From the IMG/VR virus record IMGVR_UViG_3300032884_000021, positions 1 to 54,268 of that record: DNA of 54,268 bases. One strand, written 5' to 3'. Source of the stretch: a virus (Duplodnaviria > Caudoviricetes). Under the pieces are notes generated by a model. The model was not told where the DNA came from and made no database searches. It saw only the letters and a list, made by a program, of their open reading frames with translations. The position numbers and the translations under genes were made by a program. Positions 45,815 through 54,268 of the stretch are shown here, piece after piece. The first letter of the stretch is position 1. Every line of letters begins with the position of its first letter.

Positions 45815-47520
45815 TTTATTCCCAAATATTTATACGTTTTATCTCTTTCATCTCTAAACTTACTCCAATCTTCAGCAGCCCATGTTGTGGTATCGGACAA
45901 AGAATGATTAGTGCCAAACGATTGTTTTGCTATTTCCATCAACTTTTCGAAAGACCTTAAAAATTTCGGTTTTTTACTATTTGGTGTATGATACATCATA
46001 GCAAAAGATTCTGCAAATAACTCCGAATCATTTTTCGCAGCATAATTACAAACGTCAGCACTGCCAGGTTTAAAGTAATCTATTATTTTGTAGTAGACGT
46101 CTTTAACCCTTCCGAAATCAAAAAGGACAGACCTTGCACTAAAAATCCTTTCTTCTGTATTACTGTTGACATGGTGACCGAATTCATGGGTAACAAGATA
46201 TTCAATTGTGTCACAACCTTTCGGGTTCCATCCGCCTTTCTCCATTATCCCCAGTCGATTCAACAGGAGGTCAGGAGCATTGAATTTTAAAGGATTAATC
46301 CCTATCTCTGATCCAACAGCTATAGCTAATTCGTCGACCCAGGGATACTTATTCATAGTTCCTAAATATGTAATTTTATTAGATACTTCCGGCCATAGTT
46401 TAGACAGTTTTGCGAATTGCGCCATCGTCGGATTAATCGCGTCAATGTGTGCCCCCGTAAACTCGAAATCCATGTGCGGAAATAATTCCTTAGCGTGGGT
46501 TTCCGCTTCAGCTATCGTCAATTGATTCGTATATGTATCCGGTTTTTTCACAACAGGCGTAACCGGTGCCGATACGGAGGCCGTAGGTTGATTAGGTGGC
46601 TGTGTAGGCGCAGCCGGCTTCGGCTTAACCCTCTTCGGCTTCGGCGTTGCCGCCGGTGGTTGCCTCGTAGCCCCCGGAGTGAACGTCTTCGCCGGCCCGG
46701 CCGTTTCCCGCTCAATAACCGATTCCACGCATCTACAATTCGGATGCAGGGTGGGCATTTCTACTCCATTCGAATAGACCCCGTCAATTTCACGGATCAT
46801 CCCATCCATGTCAATACATTCAGAGCAAGCATCATTCGACGCCGTACTCCATTCCACAACAAACTGTTCTTTATCCAGGAGCCCGTCTGCAACCGCAGAG
46901 GCCCAATAGAACTGCTGTCCTGCTGCCGCTGCGTTTATCGTCTCCGTCCTGGCTATGGTATTCGCCCGGTATTGCAGTGATCGGTATTCGTAAAGTTTTA
47001 CGGTTTTGTCGATCCTCGCCGGGTCCATGCCCAGCTTTTCCAAGTCGGCACGGTAGTTCTCGGATGCTGCTACCTGCCTGGAAAGCAGTCCGATATGACT
47101 GATTACCTCGTCAGCAATAATCCTTGGGCCTTTGCCCTTGTCATAAGCATAGGTAACAGCCGTCTTGATAGCCTCCTTGGTGTTTTCTGTGACTTCCTTT
47201 ACCAGCTTGGCCCCGCGAGCGTCAATCCACTCATAAACCCTCGAATTGGTGATGTCAAAAGAAACCGCATCCTTCAAAGCCAGCCGGTCGGCTTCATAGC
47301 GAACAATGTCAAGAACAACTCCTTTTACCTGATTCAGGTCGCCATTCAAGCTGGTCCATGGGATAGCCGACATCAAGGAGACTAAATCCCGTTTCCCGAG
47401 GGCTTCCATAACGGCACGCAACGGAGTTTTGTCTTGCAACCCCTTCATCGCCAAAACGATTATCCGCTTCATCTTTGAGGCGAACCATTTGAATTTCTCC
47501 TCACTGATCCCGCCGGGCAT
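45811..47520 (-). CDS. MuF/SPP1 gp7-like head morphogenesis protein with C-terminal zincin metallopeptidase
   Basis: RANTIARTET...CSEC...LHPNCRC; Pro-rich linker; THEFGHH and YAAKNDSELFAESF. Confidence 0.88.
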   Translation of the reverse strand: MPGGISEEKFKWFASKMKRIIVLAMKGLQDKTPLRAVMEALGKRDLVSLMSAIPWTSLNGDLNQVKGVVLDIVRYEADRLALKDAVSFDITNSRVYEWIDARGAKLVKEVTENTKEAIKTAVTYAYDKGKGPRIIADEVISHIGLLSRQVAASENYRADLEKLGMDPARIDKTVKLYEYRSLQYRANTIARTETINAAAAGQQFYWASAVADGLLDKEQFVVEWSTASNDACSECIDMDGMIREIDGVYSNGVEMPTLHPNCRCVESVIERETAGPAKTFTPGATRQPPAATPKPKRVKPKPAAPTQPPNQPTASVSAPVTPVVKKPDTYTNQLTIAEAETHAKELFPHMDFEFTGAHIDAINPTMAQFAKLSKLWPEVSNKITYLGTMNKYPWVDELAIAVGSEIGINPLKFNAPDLLLNRLGIMEKGGWNPKGCDTIEYLVTHEFGHHVNSNTEERIFSARSVLFDFGRVKDVYYKIIDYFKPGSADVCNYAAKNDSELFAESFAMMYHTPNSKKPKFLRSFEKLMEIAKQSFGTNHSLSDTTTWAAEDWSKFRDERDKTYKYLGIK

Positions 47521-48893
47521 TACAACACCTCAACGGCGGCCAACTCCTGGACCTCCTGCTGGTAGTCTGTGCCGGGCGGCAATAACCCCATTTTGGACAT
47601 CTGGTAAATAACGGTCTCTTTACGCATGGCACCTGCTTGCATCGCCCTGATCAAGGCATCCAGTAGGGCAGTATCCGGCCCGATGGAAACCAATTCGGTG
47701 TTTAACAACACCTCAACGGTATCTAGCGTTTCCTCTGAGGATACACCGGACATCCGCATAATCCACTTAGCACATTGGGTAAGCCCAAGGCTTACATCGT
47801 TGGCTAACGCCTGAATAACCCCCTGCTCTCCGGCGTGGCGCATGGATACGGCTGTTGCTGTCTCCGCCGGTCCTGCGCCTTCCAGCATACGGGAAAACAA
47901 GGAGGACATTTTCTTTTCTTTTTCCTCCTGGGCACGTTCCAGGCTCGCCAGTCCTGCCCCGGAGAACTCCAGAAACCCAGCCCGCGCGGACGGGTCGGAG
48001 CTTACCCAAGCGACAGAACTGCCAATGTGATATTCATCCTGCGTTGGAAATCCGACCGCCCATGGAGTAGGCAGCGCCGTGAAATGGCGGCCATGTTCCA
48101 GGTCGGCGGAAGTCCTGTAATGCGATAAATTAAGATCCACCATATCAAGTATCGTTGGGATTTCAACGGTAGGATTACCTCCGGAACCGCCAAAGAATTG
48201 AAACGGTAACGATTTGAAAGGAACTCCCATAACATTCGGGACAATGTCCTTTACCACGACAAGCTCAGTCTTCCCGTGAGGGAGCGCTTGTACCTCCTCC
48301 CATACCTGTTGTCTGTAAATGCCGTTATCCAGGAACAGGACGCGATACCTTACTTTCTCAATCGACGTAAACAGATCAGGCCCATCCACGTCATACCTTT
48401 CCTCCAAAACAACCATAGACGTAACCGGCTCGCCGTTGACCATGGTCCATTTCCAATTGATGATGTCTTCGGCCTGGTAAGGGATAAGGTATGGATTCGA
48501 TATCCCATTGATGGGCTTTTTCGGCATGTCCACCAAAAGACCGAAGCGGCTCAATGCTACTACCTCGTAAAATGCCAGGCGACACACGTCAACAAAGCGC
48601 CCAACAGAACCGGAAGCCCGATCAATAATTTCTTGCGTTTGGTCCGGACCTCCGATGGTGGGATTCTTGCGGAAAACCATTCCGCAAACTCCATCCACGC
48701 TTCTACTGGTTGCCCCGTAGAAGTTGGCCCTCGTCTTATATGCCTGGTATTCGACCTCCTTTTGAAGTCCAAGCCGGGGCAGATAATCAATATTCCTGTT
48801 TTTTACGGTATCGGAGCCCTCCAAAACATCACGGACCCGTCGCCATAGTGGTGCCATGGATAGGTATTGTTTATGTCGGTTTGTTACTGGCAT
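47520..48893 (-). CDS. Portal protein (DUF4055-like)
   Basis: YLPR...Y..Y..RA.FY, YQAEDIINW, LNLSHYRTSAD, AETATA; follows terL. Confidence 0.9.
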   Translation of the reverse strand: MPVTNRHKQYLSMAPLWRRVRDVLEGSDTVKNRNIDYLPRLGLQKEVEYQAYKTRANFYGATSRSVDGVCGMVFRKNPTIGGPDQTQEIIDRASGSVGRFVDVCRLAFYEVVALSRFGLLVDMPKKPINGISNPYLIPYQAEDIINWKWTMVNGEPVTSMVVLEERYDVDGPDLFTSIEKVRYRVLFLDNGIYRQQVWEEVQALPHGKTELVVVKDIVPNVMGVPFKSLPFQFFGGSGGNPTVEIPTILDMVDLNLSHYRTSADLEHGRHFTALPTPWAVGFPTQDEYHIGSSVAWVSSDPSARAGFLEFSGAGLASLERAQEEKEKKMSSLFSRMLEGAGPAETATAVSMRHAGEQGVIQALANDVSLGLTQCAKWIMRMSGVSSEETLDTVEVLLNTELVSIGPDTALLDALIRAMQAGAMRKETVIYQMSKMGLLPPGTDYQQEVQELAAVEVL

Positions 48894-48922
48894 GTGAATA
48901 TCGTTTTTTTTGCTTTTGCTTA

Positions 48923-50239
48923 TCAGAACCCGGATACCTGCCGCAAGCCCCCAGTGACCCCGGATGTCAGCTCGTTGAATGCTATCGCTGCGCCGTCGGC
49001 GGCGTCATCGTTGGCGTGTTCGTCATCCGCTGTTAGGCTGTGCAATTCATCAAGAAATGCCCCGTTCCAGGCCCCCCGAACTAGAACTACGTTACCGGCT
49101 TCAGCCTGCGCCGCGAGTGGCCGCCACCTGCTCAGCTTCGAGCCTGTTGCCGGAATCGGCTTCACATCATACCCGGCCATGAGCCGCACATAATCGAAGG
49201 CAACCTTTTTCCCGGACGCCCCGCCTTCTTGCTCAAAGCGGATCCTCACCTTGCGCCCGTCAGCATCGCTAGCAGTCTTGAAGACTCGATCGACGTTACC
49301 CGGTGACCATTGGCCCCGGATAACGTCGTGAATATAATAAATCCCGTCCTTGCCTTTGGATATCTTAACGCCCGCTGTGTAATCGCCGCCGTCCTGAGTC
49401 GCCGCAAAGTCCCAACCTCGGCACGTGGAAAGCAGGTCAGCTGGCGCGGAATCCACAATCCGAAACCATGAGCGGTCGAATACCTTCCCGCCGCCGCTGA
49501 TTTCCCAGTTGCCTTCTAAGAGCTGCGCCCGCGTTATCGGGTCCAGCTCGTTTAGTGATTGCAGGTAGGCGTCTTGATCCAGGGATGGATTGTCCTCCAG
49601 CCGTGCCGGCACGAATACCCGCTCGGCAGAACTGCCGGTTATGAATCGCTGCTTTACCCACTCATGGCCGATACCGCCTGGATTCGACGCGGCCCGCATT
49701 CGGAGCGGAACGTTTACCCCCGTTTCCCGCCTGATACGTGAAAACATGTACCTGTAGGATTCCTCCCGATGTTGCGTGAGCTCATCCGTTCCAATCATCT
49801 GGAAGGCTGGCCCTTGATACCGGTATTTGTCGGCGTCCGATTCCAGGTATCCAAATGTCAACGTGGCCCCGGATGGGAACTCATAGCGATGATCGATGCC
49901 GTTCCAATGCGCATCAGTCCCGCGTAGCCAGGCGTGAGCCTCGTCCATGATACCGCCCGGCATAGCCAGTTCCCGGTATGTCCGGCGAAGGAGTAGAGCG
50001 TTGTAGCCCGACACGTCCGCGAACTGAAGCGCAGCGGATAGCAAGGCCAGCGTTTTACCACCGCCTGCACTGCCACCGTACAGCGCCTCCCGGCATGGTA
50101 ATGCCAGGAATACGGCTTGCTTGGGGTGCGGCTTCTTAACGATCCATTTGTTGTTGAAAACCGTCTCCGATAGCATTTGCCACGCCATTTGAGTAAGCGA
50201 CGGGGAATGCTTCGGAAAATGCCCTTGCGAAATCGTCAT
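48923..50239 (-). CDS. terL: Terminase large subunit
   Basis: YGGSAGGGKT Walker A, IGTDE Walker B, ASNPGG, RNase H-like WDFAAT...DDAAD; exact start uncertain. Confidence 0.95.
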   Translation of the reverse strand: MTISQGHFPKHSPSLTQMAWQMLSETVFNNKWIVKKPHPKQAVFLALPCREALYGGSAGGGKTLALLSAALQFADVSGYNALLLRRTYRELAMPGGIMDEAHAWLRGTDAHWNGIDHRYEFPSGATLTFGYLESDADKYRYQGPAFQMIGTDELTQHREESYRYMFSRIRRETGVNVPLRMRAASNPGGIGHEWVKQRFITGSSAERVFVPARLEDNPSLDQDAYLQSLNELDPITRAQLLEGNWEISGGGKVFDRSWFRIVDSAPADLLSTCRGWDFAATQDGGDYTAGVKISKGKDGIYYIHDVIRGQWSPGNVDRVFKTASDADGRKVRIRFEQEGGASGKKVAFDYVRLMAGYDVKPIPATGSKLSRWRPLAAQAEAGNVVLVRGAWNGAFLDELHSLTADDEHANDDAADGAAIAFNELTSGVTGGLRQVSGF

Positions 50240-50747
50240 AATTTAGAGCCGCCGTGATGGAATCCCCATTTGCCGACGCCATGGCGGAAGCTGATACGTT
50301 AATTTGTGGCGGCTGGTAAGGCATGTCAATGCCCCATGCTTTTCGCTCGCCCGCCTGCTTTATGGCGGTGACCTCGCTGGTAATCTTGACTAGCCTCATG
50401 CACTCGAATGACTCCGGCACGCTCTTCTCCTTGATGTAACCCAAAGCCATATAGCGGAGACCTGCAACTTCCGTCCATTCCTTGCGGTGACCGGTGATAA
50501 TGTCCACCCGCTTCTGCGCCTCAACGTCAAGCGCAACGGCTGTTTGATGTGGGTTGCCACCTGCCAGTAAACCTGCAAGTTTTGCCTCTACCCTCTGGTT
50601 GAGCGATTTGGAGATATCCTGCTGCCAGCCCTCGGCCTTGATATGCAACTGGATAGCCGTCCGGCTTACTTTAAACTTTCGGGCCAACTCGCTTTGCGTT
50701 GCGCCCGCCTCGTACTTGGCGCGGATGTTTACCCAGTCGTGTCGCAT
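50136..50747 (-). CDS. terS: Terminase small subunit
   Basis: N-terminal HTH DWVNIRAKYEAG...ELARKF...EGW; upstream of terL. Confidence 0.75.
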   Translation of the reverse strand: MRHDWVNIRAKYEAGATQSELARKFKVSRTAIQLHIKAEGWQQDISKSLNQRVEAKLAGLLAGGNPHQTAVALDVEAQKRVDIITGHRKEWTEVAGLRYMALGYIKEKSVPESFECMRLVKITSEVTAIKQAGERKAWGIDMPYQPPQINVSASAMASANGDSITAALNYDDFARAFSEAFPVAYSNGVANAIGDGFQQQMDR

Positions 50748-52072
50748 CGTGATATCTCAAGGTTTGGAAACGCGTCTTTCATTCGTTGGAGGATGACAGC
50801 GCAGAAGTTTTCACTTTTCTCAATAATCCTTGAGACCCTATTGGTGTTTTCTGCTGCTATCATTGTCGTCCCTGATCCACCGAACATATCAACCACAATG
50901 TCCCCAACATCGGTATGATTAAGGATCGCGTTGGTTGGCAACTCCACAGGCTTCATCGTGGGGTGCTCTTTGTTTTTCATGGGCTTATCGACATGCCATA
51001 AAGATGATTTAAACATTCCCTCTTTTTTGCTTTTATGTGTTTTCATCCATGTGAAAAGAATGGGTTCATGCTGGTAATCATAATCCAATCTCCCCATGCT
51101 AAATGTGGGTGCATTTTTCGCCCAGTTGACGATGTGCTTAACGGTTAGGCCACATTCTTGCATCATCATCATCATCATCATCCCTAAACCACCTCCCTGC
51201 GGACTACAAACAAAAACAGAGCAATCGTCCGAAAAGTATGGCTTCCAAGACTTAAATGAATTTAGGAGCATCACCTTAAGATCGTCTGGTTGCATGTCAT
51301 CCAACTCTAAGTCGGCTAAACACCTTCCAGAAGGCTGGAAGGTGTTTAGCATTGCATTCTTTTTGCCGATGCTCACTCCATAGGGTGGATCGGTAAAAAC
51401 AAGGGTGGCATTGTCTTGATCCATAACTCTGGAAACGTCCTCGGCCTTGGTAGAGTCTCCGCAAAGCAGCCGGTGAGAACCGATCTGCCAAAGGTCGCCG
51501 GTCTTTACCTGCCAAACCTTATTAAGCTCTTCTGCCCTGTCGATCTGCGGTTCAGCGTCGGCCATTTCAGCCGCCGCCGCGTTGATCCCCATAAAGTCCA
51601 GGTGGCTCTCCTGCGCCAGCCCCGCCAGGAACGTCTGCACGTCGGCGTTATCCGAATTAAACGACCGCAGCAATTCATCCATGTTGACTTTGTCGGTTTC
51701 AGCCATGGCGGCGATAAAGTCCAGACTGAGCAGCGCCTGGGATTCCTCCTCCGGCGTCAAGTCCACCTGGATGTAAGGCACCTCGGCGTTATCGGCGGCC
51801 AGCGCCTGCCAGATCCGCTCGTGGCCATCGATGATAAATCCAGAATTGACCGACTCGATAACCGGCGCCACCCAGCCGAGGGTATCAAGCGAGCCTCGCA
51901 AGGCGTCCCTCTGAGATTGTGGATGCTTTCTCGGGTTATTCGGGTGTCCGGTGAATTGATCCGCCGGTTTGGAGCCGTGCCCGACTATGCGATTGCGCCA
52001 GCGTCCGGCGGCGGTATCTGCATCGGCTTTTGCTTGCGCCGGTTCTTTTGGCTTGCTTTTTGTTTTTCTCAT
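50729..52072 (-). CDS. ParB-like N-domain fused to N6/N4 DNA methyltransferase
   Basis: NPRKH...IIDGHER; HRLLCGDS, VFTDPPY, HPTMKP, DMFGGSGTT. Confidence 0.93.
   Translation of the reverse strand: MRKTKSKPKEPAQAKADADTAAGRWRNRIVGHGSKPADQFTGHPNNPRKHPQSQRDALRGSLDTLGWVAPVIESVNSGFIIDGHERIWQALAADNAEVPYIQVDLTPEEESQALLSLDFIAAMAETDKVNMDELLRSFNSDNADVQTFLAGLAQESHLDFMGINAAAAEMADAEPQIDRAEELNKVWQVKTGDLWQIGSHRLLCGDSTKAEDVSRVMDQDNATLVFTDPPYGVSIGKKNAMLNTFQPSGRCLADLELDDMQPDDLKVMLLNSFKSWKPYFSDDCSVFVCSPQGGGLGMMMMMMMQECGLTVKHIVNWAKNAPTFSMGRLDYDYQHEPILFTWMKTHKSKKEGMFKSSLWHVDKPMKNKEHPTMKPVELPTNAILNHTDVGDIVVDMFGGSGTTMIAAENTNRVSRIIEKSENFCAVILQRMKDAFPNLEISRCDTTG
51161..51181 (-). repeat. (ATG)7 microsatellite encoding poly-Met
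   Basis: (CAT)7 on the + strand, in frame. Confidence 0.95.
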
Positions 52073-52104
52073 CTGTTTTAATTATACACATTCAACCCGT
52101 TGAA

Positions 52105-52590
52105 CTATTTAGCTTTACCGCTGAAAGGTGCGCCGTTGTTGGATAGTTCGGTATAAACATTTTGGGGCACCCCATTTTCGAGGTATGCAGTTATCGGCCA
52201 TAAACCGGTGTTCTCCAGGAAATGGCCCATCTTCTCAGCAATCATTGATTTGTAGCCTACCAGAGTATTATAAGATCCCAATTCCATTTGAAAAATGATA
52301 TCTCGCTCCGATATCCCCAGGCACATATGCAGCGTGAATATCCGCTCCTCAATCTCCGGGAGCCGCGTTTGGCCGCACAGGTGGAAATCGGCCCGCCAGC
52401 GTGCCCAACACTCCCAAGCGGGATCATGCGGCCCGCCGGTCTGGGTATAACAACCGTCCGGTAGATTGGCAGGCACGGATGCATCGGCGTGAGATTGGAA
52501 CAGGTTGTAGGCTGCCCAGAAAATGTTGCGGTAATAATCCCGCTCCAGGCGGATCGGATCAAGCTCTATGGCTGCTGATTTGGTTTGCAA
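52105..52590 (-). CDS. Putative late transcription regulator (C-terminal HTH-like region)
   Basis: ERIFTLH..LG.SERDI...ELGS pattern; between RusA and the packaging operon. Confidence 0.45.
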   Translation of the reverse strand: MQTKSAAIELDPIRLERDYYRNIFWAAYNLFQSHADASVPANLPDGCYTQTGGPHDPAWECWARWRADFHLCGQTRLPEIEERIFTLHMCLGISERDIIFQMELGSYNTLVGYKSMIAEKMGHFLENTGLWPITAYLENGVPQNVYTELSNNGAPFSGKAK

Positions 52591-52633
52591 TAGGCGCTCC
52601 TTGGGTTATGCCGTTATCCGTTACTTTTACCAC

Positions 52634-53104
52634 TCATAGCTCCCTCACCGTAACCAGCACCCGCCCGCCGGAACCGTCCGGCCCCGGCATCCCGTCCGGA
52701 ACCATGCGCTCGGCGGAGTCCTGCCACACCATGCAATCATCCTCAAACACCACGTTCTTTAAGGCGTCATAAAGCACCTTCCGGGCATTATCGATATCCA
52801 AACACTTGACGCTCATATCCCAGCCTAACGGGTCCGCTGTCTGGCGCTTTTTCCAGTCCAGCGGACGCTTCGGGTAAAGCTGGAGGTGTACGGACACCTT
52901 ACCGCAAAGCGGGCGCAAGATACCGGCCCGGCGAGCTAGGAGCAGCACCTGGTTCTTGTAGGCTTTGGCCTCCTTGGAAACTACCGTAACAACAGACTTG
53001 AATCCCCATGGCTGATAGGTACGCCAATATCGATTCGCCGAAACCGGCCACGGGAGGGTTAGGGTGATTTCTGCCCGGCCTATTTGGTGTTGGGTGGTCA
53101 CCAC
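52634..53104 (-). CDS. rusA: RusA Holliday junction resolvase
   Basis: LPWPVSANRYWR, DIDNARKVLYDAL, DDCMV. Confidence 0.92.
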   Translation of the reverse strand: MVTTQHQIGRAEITLTLPWPVSANRYWRTYQPWGFKSVVTVVSKEAKAYKNQVLLLARRAGILRPLCGKVSVHLQLYPKRPLDWKKRQTADPLGWDMSVKCLDIDNARKVLYDALKNVVFEDDCMVWQDSAERMVPDGMPGPDGSGGRVLVTVREL

Positions 53105-53448
53105 AGCCCCCCCGTAAAACCACCACCCATACCCACGCCCGCCACGGGTGTAACCTTTTCCTCATCACTCCGCCCAACATTCGCCGAGATGCATTTCGCC
53201 AACTGCCGCGCCAGCCGCTCATCCGTCAAATCCACCTTGGTATTGTTTTGAATGTTCGCCCACTGCCGGATTATCTTGGCCGATTCCATCACTCTCCCCA
53301 GCTCAACACCACACCCCGCCCTCACAATCTTTCCCGCCAGTTCAACGGAGTTCCGCACAGTCGCAACGTCCGCCAGCCAGGGGGTAAAAGCGCCGCCCCA
53401 TTTGATAATCACATCCACCATGATCTTTTCCGCCGTGTGCTTATTCAT
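53098..53448 (-). CDS. Hypothetical protein
   Basis: Overlaps both neighbours in the operon. Confidence 0.55.
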   Translation of the reverse strand: MNKHTAEKIMVDVIIKWGGAFTPWLADVATVRNSVELAGKIVRAGCGVELGRVMESAKIIRQWANIQNNTKVDLTDERLARQLAKCISANVGRSDEEKVTPVAGVGMGGGFTGGLW

Positions 53449-53659
53449 TGCTTTTCACCTCTGCGTAATCCTTTACAGCCGTCCACAAATCATGGGATAT
53501 CTCTGCATAATCCTTTATGGCTGCCCACAGATCACGGGTTATAGTTGCCTGATGCTTTCCACCGCCCACCCAATCTTTATCTGCCAATAAGTAATCAAGG
53601 TGCTTATACTTTTCATAAACTTCAATTATCGGGTCACATTTATCTTTTGCCGTGTTCAT
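53441..53659 (-). CDS. Hypothetical protein with a duplicated 14-aa unit
   Basis: DLW(A/T)A(I/V)KDYAE twice; ATGA overlap. Confidence 0.55.
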   Translation of the reverse strand: MNTAKDKCDPIIEVYEKYKHLDYLLADKDWVGGGKHQATITRDLWAAIKDYAEISHDLWTAVKDYAEVKSNE

Positions 53660-53949
53660 TTCTCCGCGTCCCCTATCAGCGTTCTCATGCTGTCCAAATC
53701 CGACTCCAATTCCCGGATAATTCCAGACATATCGTTTACGTTGTGCCTGATGGCCTCATTTTCCGTTTGAGTTTTTAAAACCATACTCTCTATCCTCCGA
53801 ACGTCTTGCATGAGAGCAATGGACACCCAGAACGACAGGACTAACAACGCAGACAGAACCAAGAACTTTCTTTGGGCATTTCCGAAAGACGTCACCATCA
53901 CCATGATCTTTTCCAAAGACGTCACCATATTTTTTGTGCCTTGTTCCAT
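53656..53949 (-). CDS. Small membrane-anchored coiled-coil protein
   Basis: AAGGAG RBS; one TM segment then heptads. Confidence 0.6.
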   Translation of the reverse strand: MEQGTKNMVTSLEKIMVMVTSFGNAQRKFLVLSALLVLSFWVSIALMQDVRRIESMVLKTQTENEAIRHNVNDMSGIIRELESDLDSMRTLIGDAEK

Positions 53950-54031
53950 TTCACTCCTTTTTGAATAAAGAGCCGGGTGTTTTGTGCCCGGTTCGATGTT
54001 TAACCGTGACCCCGGCCCTTTACTAGATTAT

Positions 54032-54179
54032 TGGACAGCACCCCCGCGCCGGGTAACCCCAGTCACGCGTTGAGTCCTCGCGACTTAAGATGCTGTCCAT
54101 GACTGCCAATGGTTAGCCTTTCCCCATTCATACGCCTTGCAGCAGGGTTAGAGGCAGCGGCTACTAATTGGCAGTCATG
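54032..54179. ncRNA. Candidate structured RNA (two adjacent long stems)
   Basis: TGGACAGCA/TGCTGTCCA and CATGACTGCCAAT/ATTGGCAGTCATG inverted repeats with nested hairpins; no ORF in the track. Confidence 0.35.
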
Positions 54180-54268
54180 CACAGCACCGACTTCACTCTC
54201 AATCGCTCCTCCGCACCAATATGCGTTTTTGGAAATATGCCATTCACAGGCGGTAATTTGAACTATAA

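Larger units (their letters stand above)
1..54268. mobile_element. Tailed dsDNA phage (siphovirus-like) genome or prophage, probably near-complete and circularly permuted
   Basis: Terminase, portal, capsid, neck, tail tube, tape measure, lysis, replication and repressor modules all present; no tail sheath and no host housekeeping genes; minus-strand order DnaB > small genes > (window end) > RusA > terminase is continuous. Confidence 0.95.

Noticed and set aside
50136-50239. terS-terL programmed frameshift
   Set aside because: The overlap is explained by alternative terL starts, and no clear slippery site was seen.
11917-52590. Genome-wide TAG reassignment (code 15-like)
   Set aside because: TAG ends many genes cleanly, with the next gene out of frame or overlapping and carrying its own RBS (e.g. 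12452, 15172, 39249, 40292, 41714). Only 33085 appears to interrupt a domain, and no suppressor tRNA was seen.
12797-52772. Numerous plus-strand ORFs (e.g. 13437..14279, 14342..15160, 43124..44041, 51416..52081)
   Set aside because: They are antisense shadows of well-supported minus-strand genes and have no recognisable motifs.
53885-53928. 14-bp direct repeat AAAGACGTCACCAT as a regulatory site
   Set aside because: It lies in frame within a CDS (MVTS twice) and looks like a small coding duplication.
54032-54179. tRNA, hammerhead or twister ribozyme
   Set aside because: No T-loop/anticodon cloverleaf, CUGANGA core or twister consensus was seen on either strand; kept only as a generic structured-RNA candidate.
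1-54268. Complete DGR or retron
   Set aside because: No ORF with reverse transcriptase motifs and no separate template repeat was recognised.

Overview
The window looks like most or all of a ~54 kb tailed dsDNA phage (siphovirus-type Caudoviricetes), probably circularly permuted, because minus-strand gene order runs on across the window ends. Almost all real genes are on the minus strand. Early/middle block: Cro/CI-like switch, ParB-MT-A70 methylase plus nuclease-like gene, ERF, exonuclease, SSB, initiator, DnaB, MazG-like enzyme, small Cys-rich paralogues, RusA. Late block: a second ParB-fused methylase, terminase, portal, MuF with a metallopeptidase extension, scaffold, capsid, neck, tail tube, frameshifted chaperone, tape measure, tail tip and fibres, lysis cassette, then a second structural-looking module. 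No integrase, reverse transcriptase, tRNA or CRISPR array was recognised. Most unusual: (1) a metacaspase inside the lysis cassette with an HNH intein inserted at its catalytic Cys; (2) fibre-like and Ig-like proteins with signal peptides; (3) an in-frame TAG splitting the tail hub gene; (4) a 57-bp coding repeat that varies only at adenine positions with no DGR RT present; (5) an att/ori-like repeat region with a hicBA-like pair where an integrase would be expected. All family calls come from recognising motifs by eye; no database searches were run.
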